A DNA stretch of 64,000 nucleotides from positions 233,678,001 through 233,742,000 of the forward strand of contig NC_083223.1 in the NCBI RefSeq assembly GCF_032191835.1. Direction: 5' to 3'. The notes under the pieces are model-generated. The model was not told the DNA's origin, did no database searches, and saw only the letters and a program-made list of their open reading frames with translations. Below, one piece after another: positions 1 to 32,800 of the stretch. The DNA comes from Heteronotia binoei (taxonomy: Eukaryota). The translations under genes and the position numbers were made by a program. Within the stretch, counting starts at the first letter, position 1. Every line of letters begins with the position of its first letter.

Positions 1-660
1 ATACCCAGACTCTTGATAGTAGGTACTGATGACCAAGGTACACCATCAAGAGCTAGGAGCTGGCATCCCAACCTGGAATCTTCCTGGCCCAGCCACAGAA
101 CCTCCGTTTTGGATGGGTTTAATTTCAGCCAGCTCTGTTTCAACCATCACACCACAGCCTCCAAACCTTTAGCCAAAATGTCTGGGGTGGGATCTGGCCA
201 GCCACTCATCAACAGATACAGATGGGTGTCATCGCCATACTGGTGACAGCCCAGCCTGAAATTCCAGCTGGGTGAAGCGACAGACACAGATGTTAAATAA
301 CATTGGGGAAAGGACTGCCCCTTGGAGGACACCACACACCAAAGGGTATCATGAGGAAACTTTCTCCCTTAGTTACCCTCTGTCCCCAACCTTGGACAAA
401 TGAGACAAGCCACTTCAAGGCTGTCCTGCAGATCCCCATATTGGCAAGGTGGTGGGTCAACAGATCATAATTGACTGGGTTGAATGCTGCTGTTAGATGT
501 AGCAATAACAGCAGTGCTGACCCACCTCAATCCAGCTGTCTACAGGGATTGTCTGTGAGAGTGACCAGCGCTGTCTCTGTCCCATGGCTAGGGTGGAAGC
601 CAGATTGAAATAGGCCCAGAGATGATGTGTTCTCCAGGAAATATTTGACTACTGTTCTTG
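1..660 (-). mobile_element. Degraded L2/CR1-group LINE RT fragment
   Basis: Minus-frame pieces AAFNPVNYDLL, ALKWLVSFVQGWGQRV and DDTHLYL resemble RT motifs (AFDTVDH, W..S.L..R.Q.V, YADDTQLY). Confidence 0.7.
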
Positions 661-1389
661 ATTTCCATTTTCTTATGTTCTTAACATGAACTTACTCAGC
701 CTCTATGCCATACTGTTGACCCTTCAGAGGAATTGTCGGCCACAGTGTAAGACAGAATGCTGGACAAGATGGACCACTGGTCTGACCCAGCAGGGCTCTT
801 CTGATGTTCTAATAGCTCTTCCTGCATTTTTGACCTAAAATTCATATGCATTTGAAATGAAAATGAGCTTCCCACAGGACTCACTGATAAGTTATCAGTC
901 AAGACCATAAGAAGAACCCTGGTCCATGTAGTCCAGCACCCTGTTTCACACAGTAACCAACCCATTGCCCTGGAGGGACAGCAAACAGGAGGCAAATGCC
1001 CACTTCTGACATTGCCTGTAGAGCTTTACTGAATGTTGTCTCTGCATGCTGGGAAAACGTAGACAGGGCATTAAGGCTACAGAACAAAACATCTACTGAA
1101 GCCTGTTTTATGGCTACCACATCAAGAAACATATTTTTTTCAAAATTATTTGTGTAGCAGTTTGTTACCAGCTCTGCTGTGCCTTCAGTAGTAAACTGCA
1201 GGCCAGGAACTCTGCCATGTAGTTCATTAAAAGGAACATTCTACTGTGCCTCTGACGATAGTTCAGAGCTAGCCATAATGGCTTGGATCCTATGAACAGA
1301 CTGTGCTTCCTCACAACCTTCCATTTGAGCAAGAACAATGGTTTTCAGTGGGCTCATATGCAACCAGAAGTTTTAGCACAACAGGAAGC

Positions 1390-1550
1390 ACAATCCATGG
1401 CAAGGTCTGTCTCTTCTGGGCATGGAGCAGGGGTCACTGGGGATGTACGTGTGTGTGGAGGGGGGAGAGGTATTTATGAAGTTCCTGCATTGCACAGGGG
1501 GTTGGACTAGATGACCTTGGAGGTCCCTTCCAAATCCATGATTCTATTAT
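1390..1550 (+). mobile_element. CR1 3' tail fragment
   Basis: ggactagatgaccttggaggtcccttccaa...atgattct; same tail as 57700-57755. Confidence 0.7.
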
Positions 1551-2276
1551 TCCAGTGTGCCCAGAACTTGTTGAGAGGCTATGAAACCTACTCATGATCA
1601 TTATCAATATTGTCATTGCTATAAGCTACAAAAATGCCACCAATGCACATGCTGCTCAACAGAAGTTAAGTTTTTTTAAAAAAAAACACTGATCCTCATC
1701 CTGGGGGAGCTGCCCATGTCACTGATCCTCATACTCAAAGTGTATCAGAGGGAAAGAAGCAAGGCATGAGCCCTGTTGAGCCAGACCAAAGGCCCCTCTG
1801 GTCCAGGCATTGTGTTTTTAACAAAGACTAGCTGGATGCTTCAGGGAAAGGCCAGAGCTCAGAGACATTTGCAGCTAAAAGAATCTCAGATATAGACCAG
1901 TCAGAGCAGACAATACTCAGCTAGATGGATCAATGGAAGAATATAGTTCTATATGAGTATGTTCAAGTTCAAAAACAGGGTGTGGACTCTTCACTATTGT
2001 TTCTTTTAAGCATCTGCTATTCAGGCACATCCCCTGTAAAAGCTTATGCTAGAATACATTTTCTTTGTCTCTCAGATGCTACAGTACTCCCTCTAGGTTG
2101 CCATGTGACTCTTTTAGCTTGTAACCACTGAGCAACTAATTCTCTGTAAATCCCCAAGACGGAAAGGTAACCAATAACTGCAAGGAATGAGAGAAGCAAG
2201 GGTGAAAAAGGGATCATTGTGAGCAAATGCTGTTATACTTCTACTGAAAAAGTATGCAAAGCCTAGCCATGCTCAC

Positions 2277-19790
<17,514 letters not shown>

Positions 19791-20639
19791 TCAGTCTCCT
19801 TTAAATGGAAGAAATGCTTCAATCACAGCCTAAAAGAAAGGATGTCACTGTTAAAATTATTTGAAAGATCAAGAGATCTGGAGGCAGTTCTCTAGCTCTT
19901 TATTCTAGGAGAGCAACAATGTGGATTATGAGAGCTGATTACACTAATGATAAAGGTCTGTACTATAAACTAGGAACACCTGAACCTCAGTGGTGCCATA
20001 AACCCATGAAAAAGCCCCCCAGGAAGCCCACAGGGGAATGAAGCAGTGAAGAGAACTGGATATAATGACCCTGAAGTATTTATGAAGAGATATAACTTTT
20101 ATTAGCTGAATGTTTGAGCAGTTAACCAGATCAGCTCTATCTGTTATGGTCTGTTTGTTAATGTGAAAGTCTGGAATTCCCTCATCTAGTAGAAGCTTCA
20201 AGTTCCTTTCCTCCTCCATGGCATGCTAAGAAGATGTATGTTAACATTTCTCAAGGTGTGCCCAAATGCTTTCATAGGGAATGTGGAGTGGTTTATAAAG
20301 CAATTATGTTCAAAGCTGCTTTAATCAGCATCAGGTTGAAACATCTTAATGGGATACTTTATCTAGCTGGTGTCATTCTTTCTCTCACAGAGCCTCATAT
20401 CCCACTCAGGAGGAAGAATTTGGAGGACCAGTTGGAGATTTCAATAGCTTTCAGATGTTGGAAGGACAGCATGTCCTACATTTTTAGACCTGAATTTAGG
20501 ATGAATTTCTGTTTCTCACTGGCCTTTGTTCTGAGAGAGCTTTCAAAACAGCTAGAGTGAAATCACCTGTATAATGAATGAAAGGTTTGTTCCCTATCAA
20601 GCTTTCCGAATGGAAAACTGGTCATAGTTTGAAGCCACT

Positions 20640-21050
20640 GGAGACGACCCCCTGCCTCCAAACTCTCCCACCTCCTCCCCCGTAGACTCACCCAGAGAAT
20701 CACTGTTGGTCGTAACCAAGCAGAGTTAGTCCGGGGGGGGGGGGGGAGAGAGCCGGTGCCTTATGGGAAATGCGGTTTATTGGTTGCTTGACTACAACTC
20801 CCGATGAGCCTTTCAAAATATATATCTCCGCGTGAGGTGAGACTACCGCCTGTGCGCGTCACTTCCCGCAAGAACTAGCACTCCCATCGTAGCCTTCTAT
20901 GTTTATTAGGTACTAATGCACGTTGGGGGTTGTAGTCCTACCGTCGGCTTAAGGTCCCGCCTTTTCCTTCTCCGCAGCCTCGGAAACCCCGTGCAAGGAT
21001 GTGGTACGTTCTCTTTCCGGTGTTCGCCATTCCTCGAGGAGGACGTTGGT
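20640..21050. promoter_or_regulatory. Bidirectional CpG-island promoter of CLHC1 and RPS27A
   Basis: CpG-rich. ACTACAACTCCC at 20791-20802 (+) and ACTACAACCCCC at 20925-20936 (-) are ZNF143/THAP11-type motifs. Perfect TCT/TOP initiator CTCTTTCC at 21011-21018. Minus-strand GTGAGT donor at 20691 (candidate CLHC1 non-coding exon 1); plus-strand GTGAGT donor at 21049. Confidence 0.8.
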
Positions 21051-21204
21051 GAGTTCTTCCTCCGTCCCTCGCGCCTTCCACGTTCTCCTTTACAAGGCCT
21101 CTTGTGCGGCCTGGGGCCTGCCCGCCTTCTGACTGTTATATTTTCTCCGTTTGTTGCCTCCTTAGGTGTAAGCGACGCCAGCGGCCGCGCCTGGAGCAGC
21201 CGCC

Positions 21205-25473
<4,269 letters not shown>

Positions 25474-25497
25474 ATGTGTCTATTGTAGTAATATTGT

Positions 25498-25503
25498 AAT
25501 AAA
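25498..25503 (+). terminator. RPS27A polyadenylation signal AATAAA (second AATAAA at 25596-25601)
   Basis: 25 nt after the stop codon; short 3'UTRs are typical of ribosomal protein genes. Confidence 0.75.
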
Positions 25504-27317
25504 AATCTTCAAATATTACTGTTTCTCTGATTCTGAGGGCAAACAAGTGGGCGGAGAGACTAAAACACTGCTTAGCTTGCAATGGAGTAATGTGCAATAA
25601 AGGTGCAGAGGAGGAAAGATGTGGGAATGTGAGCTAGTCACAAAGGACTGGGAGGGACAACAGCTTGCCACACGGTCTTGTTGCTGTTGCACTATCCACA
25701 GTGTCATAGGATACAGCATTAATCCCACTGCTCTGATAACTAAAGAAAGGAGACTGGTGCTCAATTGTTGTAAATGTTTTCTGAAGCTACGTAGCAAGCT
25801 TCGTTTTCAGGCTCTTAAGATTATGCAGCTTGTACGGCTAGAGGATGCTTTCCTTTAAAACAAAATCTGCAGGGAACCTGAATTCTGTGACTGCCTTTAC
25901 CTTGGTTTAATGTAATCTGGTTACCATTTCCAGTGGCCAGGCAAATGGCATCTTGCAGTCATAAGAACAGTGCTTCTTAAATTGGCCCAATGGACCGTGG
26001 GCTCAGTGTCTTTGGATAGAGAGAGCAACTTGGATTCTAAATGAAGTATATAAATTCTTGTCTGTCCACATGGATAATATAATAATAATAAACTTTTATT
26101 TATATCCCGCCCTCCCCGCTGAGGCAGGCTCAATATCAAAACATATAATATCAAAACAGCCTCCTCAGGGGACTAGGATAATGGTATTTAGTGGACTTCT
26201 TTGATAGTGCCAGTTCCTCCTTGATGCTGAATTTTGTTCACTGTGTTAAAAACAGGATGTGCATTTTTGTTTCTGCTTCATTGCCATGCAGCTCATTCCC
26301 CGTGTGCGCCAGTGGCATATAGCTTTCTGGCTCTAGTGATCCAATTCACGATAGTTTTCAGGGATTGCACACAGTCAGCCCATGTCATATTCCTATCCTA
26401 TAGGATGTTTGGAAACCTGGCATAGAAGGTTTAAATGTAGGGATTTCTATACCCACAGTGATGACAGAAGAAAGCCAGAGTCTGTGGGACTAAATTTGGG
26501 AGATGGAGAATTGGGTAAAAATAATTTTTTTTCAGTATTAACATTTCGACCAGCAGCTTGCTGAGTCATAGTGTCTCAGTACATCCTGCCCCATTCCCAA
26601 ATATACCATATAGTAGGCATGCAAGGCTTGGTTAAGGAAGCTGCTGGAAAGATCTTCGGCTGCCACTCTGTATGTTCTGGATTTAACCACTTGTTTTAGC
26701 TTAATGCAGCCTTTTGCACTGCCAGCTGAAGGAGGCTGGTAGAGGAAGAGTTCTTTCCTGCAGTGCTGTTTTTCTACTGATAATCTCCAGAAAAGAAAAC
26801 CCCTTTCATATTGGCCACCCATTTGGTGGGTGTGTCTTTTGCACTCAGCAAGAACCAACTGAAGCACTTCCCTCTTTACTCCCCCCCTTTCATTTCCCAC
26901 TATATCACATGTTCTGGGAAGAAGAGTAACAAGCAGGATTTTATCAAGCTCAACAGAAATGGACTTTCCTGAATTATAACTTATTTAAGAAAACACACAG
27001 AAAAGGAGAAAAAGGTATCTTCACATTAAGGGTGTGCTGGTAATATTTATGAAAGTACTTTTACTAGGTTTATGCTAGCACTTTTATTCACTGATCAAGG
27101 ACCATTCTTTGAATTATCTTTAGGATGAAAAGGTATAATTGACATCTATTTGAAAACTGTCAAAAAGAACTCTTCAGGTCAAGTTCTTTAAGTCATAAAT
27201 ACGAGTTTATTGGGCTGGGTCGCCACTCCAGACTGGGAAACTCCTGGAGATTAGGAGATGGAACCTGAGGACTGGGACCTCAGTGGGAAACAGTGCTGCA
27301 CAGGCCATCCTCCAAAG

Positions 27318-27629
27318 CAGGGGTGACCAAACTGCGGCTTCGGAGCCACATGTGGCTCTTTCACACACATTGTAGTTCTCAAAAGCCCCCACTGCCCCGT
27401 CAGCTGGCTTGGAAAAGGCATTTGTCTCTTTAAATCACTTCTCCAAGCCAGCCAGCGGCTTGGAAAATACATGTAAAGTTAAAGTTGCTTTTTTTCATCT
27501 CCATCTATTTGCCTTTTTTCCTTCCTGTCTTGTGACTCTCAAAGATCCTACGTCTACATCTTGCAGTTCTCTTAACATCTGATGTTTATTCTGTGTGGCT
27601 CTTACATTAAGCAGGTTCAGTCACCCCTG
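27318..27629. mobile_element. hAT MITE family 1
   Basis: TIR CAGGGGTGAC; perfect TSD CTCCAAAG; nested in a TAGGGTTGCCA-family element. Confidence 0.9.
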
Positions 27630-28412
27630 CTCCAAAGCATCCATTTTCTCCAGTGGAACTGATCTCTTCAATCTGGAGATGACCTGTAATTCTAGGGGAT
27701 CCCCAGGTCTCACCTAGGGGTGGACATCCCTAGGGGGTCTGTGACTATTTCTGAAATTTTGACTAATAGTAGATGCTACCATAACATGGCTGCCATGGGC
27801 TTGGGCTAGTCACAAAATGCTGCAAGATTCCAAAGCGAGCCATCCTTTTATGGAGATGACAGCTGTTTCTGAATGCATGTTTTCCTGAAATACATGATTA
27901 GCTGTATGCTTTGAGGAAAAGAGGTAAGCAAGTGTTAAGTGAACACAGTATCCTTGGGGTGCCACATTTGGGATTACTGCTTTACATGAGTGTGTGACCC
28001 TATGGATGTATGAAATTACTCTCCTGCTTGAACAGAACTGTACTACACCAGTACCGTCGCCCTCATTTTAATAAATACTCATACAGTCAGATATGCTCAG
28101 CAAAATTATATTTTGGTCCAGCCTGAACTGAGCTCTTGTGGTTTTTTCCCCAAATGTATAAATCAGGCATCCAACGAAGTTCTCATATGTCCCACTTTGT
28201 AGCTCCTAAAACAGCTATACCATCATCCGCAGCTGAATCTGCTAAACCACCACAATGTGGTAAAAATGGAAATTCTTTTCTTAGTAACCATTTCTAAAAT
28301 GTCAGGATCAACTGTAATTTTTACAGTGTAACTTGCTTCACAAAACGTTCCATTATGCAATGATTTTTAAAGAGTGAGCCATAGTTCCAGTGTCTCACAG
28401 CTGCTGTAAAAC

Positions 28413-28582
28413 TCAAAATCCTGGTTCCCAAGAAATTTTTTGTTCAACCTTCTCTTCACTGAAGCAAACAATCTCGTCGCCAACTTGAAACTCTATGTTT
28501 TTCTCAAAACTGAGTCCACAATCCATGCCAGTCTTCACTACAGAGATGTCATCCTGGTGGTGCTTCAGTGATGACAAGTTGC
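28413..28582 (-). CDS. MTIF2: MTIF2 coding exon 13 (terminal)
   Basis: [24 protein letters not shown]...SWEPGF TGA. Confidence 0.96.
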
Positions 28583-29784
28583 CTAGATTTAATGAACATG
28601 AAAAAAACAAATTGAAATATAAGAACATAAGAGCCCTGCTGCATCAGACCAGTGGCCCATCTAGTCCAGCGTCCTGTCTCGCACAGAAGCAGGGACTTTT
28701 CCCTGATGTGCCTCCTGTTTCTGGGAATGTAGAGGTTCCCCTCAGTTACCACAGCTAGAAGCCACTGATAAAGCACTTTCAGAACTCAGAAGCATATGCG
28801 GAGCTCTTTTAACTCAAGTTTCTTACTGGTGATGAGTCACTAAGCCTTGTAGAACATTACACTTTAAAAGGCCTGTGTGACTTAAGTAAGGCCAGGTTTC
28901 CCAGTGGCTGGATGTATGAACTGGGATCGGTCCATTGTACTTTAATGCAGAGCTATTTAAATTCCAGTTCTATATGGGCTGTAACTGATTTCTCAATGAC
29001 AAGCTAGTAATCAAATTTCAGCTTTGAGGGGAGGAAATGATATAAAATCACGATCAGATTGCAGCGTGGTTATAGCTAAGCATTGCTCAATGACTTGAGA
29101 GATGAGAAAAAGGCCTTAAAATTAACCAGCAAATAACAGGTCACCTTACTCACCTGACCAAATAACGTCTCCTTTACGAATTAATTTAAAATTCATCTTT
29201 CTGTCCAGTTGTCCCTTCTGTACCCTGCAGCCAGCCACTGGAACTTTTTTCTTCCCTACTGTGACTTCAAATGTAGCTAAAACAGCAGCTTCTCCTGCAG
29301 AAAATAAATGGAAACATAAGATTTATAATTATCAAAAGTAGTCAGCTGTTTCTTAAAGGGATAACACCAACATTCTAGTTCCAGTCATTAAATATTCCAC
29401 AAATATTAGTTTTTCAACTGAGGAAATGTGTCAACCTTATCATTTTTATTATGTAGTGTGCTTAACGGAAGAAGCCACTCTGTCCCTGAAGTCCAACCCC
29501 TGAAAACATTATTCAGCTAACTCTGCTAACTGCCATTTTACATTTTCAGGCATTCCTTAACAGTCTTAAGAGCTAAGGTTTTCAAGAAGCCAGATCTAAC
29601 ATTCCTAAGAACATGCTGTATTTTTTTTTGTTTCCCCAGAGTCATGGCAAACCCAGAGCCCTGCACACTTTCTTATTCACACTTTCTTAATACTGGAGCT
29701 TTAAAAGTCTGTTTCTCTACTACAAAAATTCTACTGTCCACTGAACATCAGAAGAACCTGGCTGGATCAAACCATCTAGCCACA

Positions 29785-29830
<46 letters not shown>

Positions 29831-32800
29831 TTGGCCGCTGTGTGACACAGAATGTTGGACTGGATGGGCCATTGGCCTGATCTAACATGGCTTCTCTTAT
29901 GTTCTTATCTACTCCAGTATCATTTTTCCCAACGGGAACTAGTTGAAGGCAATAACCTTCTTCGTAGTTTGATTGACTTGAATTCGCATTGAACCCATAC
30001 ACAATACCTGACAGGCCAGGGCAGGGGGAAATGTAAATTATTGTGGTTCTTAAAGGTTACTACTAAACACAAGCACTTTATTTAGAAGAACTGTTCTGCT
30101 TATTAAACTCTAAAACTTGGACTGCAGGTGTACTCTTATTGCCGGGAAGCCATAAGCAGCCAAAAGGCAATAACCTCGATATTTTGATTTTAACACCTGA
30201 TATTTAAAAGGGATACCTATTATATGCTCTTCCACAGCTCTGGGCAATGTGCAGCTCAGCTCCTCCTGCAAATCCTCGATCAGTCGGTAGATGATATTGT
30301 GGATTTTAATCTTTATGTCCTTTTTAGCGGCCAACTGCTGAATAGGTTTGCTTGCATTCACATTGAACCCATACACAATACCTGAGAAGCCGGGGGAGGA
30401 AAATGTAAATTATTGTAGTTCTTAAAGATTACTACTAAACACAAGCACTTTATGTAGAAGAGCTGTACTGCTTATTAAACTGCAAGTGTACTCTTACAGC
30501 AAAGAAAAAAATCTGTAGCAACCTGACAAGTTTGGCACCAAGATATGCTGAACTAAGCAACATGAATGAATTATGAAAATATGCATTCACTTATTTTGCA
30601 TAATTCTGCAAGTCATGGAAATGACAAGAAGTTACATGGTATCCTGAATGCTGAAAACCCTTCTGAGTATCCCACTGTTGCTTTGAGATCTACACATACA
30701 GTTTCAAGACAAACTTCACAGTCACAGAGATGTAACATTTTGTAATAAAAAAGAAGAAAAGTTCTCATGATGCTGAATTCTTCTCCCAGACTTCCCAAAT
30801 CCACTCTCAACTGCTGCACTTGTACAAGGTTCACACAGTCCCAAAGACAACCACTTTAACAAGCAACACTAAGAATACCATTTTTTCCAACCAGATTCCT
30901 GTTTGAAGCAACATGTATTTTAGGATAGTCCATGGGCTGGATCCACCAGTCAAGTTCTACTAATGGAAAGGAGGGGAATTTTGTCAATTCCCTCATCTCA
31001 CAGTGGACCCCTAGTTTGTCCCTCATGCTGTTCTTTGGGGTATCCCAGGATGAGCATTTTGGGGAGATTTCAGGCTGCAATGGGAGGGGAAAGGTTAAAA
31101 AGTCCCGTTCTGCTGATGGCGATCCTTTTATGCCATTGGAAATTTCTACTGGATCCAACCCAATATTTTAATGCCCCGATCCAAGATGTGTAACGCTGAA
31201 GAAGAGGAGTTGCATGTGTAGTTTCCAACCCTGGATCAGAAGCTGCACATACAAGCACCTAGGAGATGCTATCAGACTGACATCTTGTCTTCTGTGTTTT
31301 TAAGTACTCTTATTTTATGGATCTTATATACTTTGCAAGCTACCTTGAGCTCTATAAGGAAGAAAGATGTCTAATAAACGTTTTAAATAAAATAAATACA
31401 ATAACAGCGCACATCTACATTAAGAGGGCCAAGATGCCTCTTCCCCTCTGACTTACGACAAGGAGAGGGCTTCACATTCTATTCTGCTTTCCGCTATGAT
31501 AATTCAGTCATTCACTACGGTGCACCTGATATACACCTTTTTATCAGAGCATTTCTCAGCTATTTACTGAGCAGCCAGTTACGCTGTTGGAAAAGTGAAA
31601 GTCAAAGGTGTCTAACAATCAAATATCCACACCATTTCATACAGATCACCTCAGTGTCTGCTACCTTGAAATGTTTCTGCAAGTTTCAGGTCATTTTCAC
31701 TTATATCCCCAATCCCAAAATGGAGCACATCTAATTCACACTCCTCATTGGCATCATAGGTATCAAGGATATTCAAAATGGCTTCCACAGAACCATCAAC
31801 ATCACCTGGATGGACAAGAATGTATTAGTTGCAGTGCAGAAGAAAAACATCAAGAAAAAACAAATTATGAAATATCAATACTAAGATTTGTCCACCAGGA
31901 TTTTCTGTATTAGTTTCCAATTTCATTCATGGGAGCTGAACAAGGGCAACTTTGGAAGGTTCCTAATGGCTTTTGCTCCATATCTATTTTTAAAAATCTT
32001 TTATTTATAAGATTTTTTCACGTATATAACACACAAATCAATAAGGACTGTGACAACAACACAGAGAACATATAAATCAGGAAACAAAGCAACTAAAGAA
32101 GCAGGACAACAAACTGAAAAGTACCCCCCCCCAAAAAAAGGGAAAAAAGAAACACTCTTCCCCAAACCCAAGAGTATAAAATAAAAAGAAAAAACTTGAG
32201 GGAAATGTCCTCTTTTGGGGTTGGGAGGTTAGAAATATTCCTAGATCCAGGTGAGTAGCTGTGTTGGTCTGAAGCATCAGAACAAAGTTTAGAGTCCAAT
32301 GGAACCTTTAAGACCAACAAAGTTCTAGGAATATTCTAGGAATACTTAGTCAATACTCCCTCTAAGCTGTGGACTCTTGTGAGCAAAAATTCTACTTTGT
32401 GAGCTACTGGCATTAAAGTTGTGAGCGACTGCATCAATTAGCTTGCTCTAGGGCCATTTTTCACATTAACTCAGCTTAGAGGGAACACTGAGATTTGACA
32501 TAGTGATTACTTGTTTGAAGTAGTCATTCAGGAAATATGTCCTCTTTTTTGCTTTTTAAAAAAATATGGTAACCCTACCTCAGATTTGGGATTCTATCTG
32601 CATTAGAGTTTTGCTCAGTACAGAGTAAGAAAGCCCAACTCCAGCAAAACTATCTGGGTCTGTTTGGCCTGTATTTAGCTTAGGCAGCCAAGTTGGTTTT
32701 TCCACGGCTAGTGTGCCAGATGTAATTGACCCTGGCTTTCTTACCAATAAGTGGCCCCGTGGCGCAGAGTGGTAAAGCAGCAGTACTGCAGTACTGTGGT

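Noticed and set aside
1100-1200. Candidate CLHC1 terminal exon (ELVTNCYTNNFEK)
   Set aside because: Only faint similarity, no suitable phase-1 acceptor and no matching C-terminus
29748-30002. Separate 84-aa gene (MYGFNANSS...)
   Set aside because: Chimera of the duplicated MTIF2 exon start and an antisense CR1 tail with microsatellite; treated only as a possible cryptic exon
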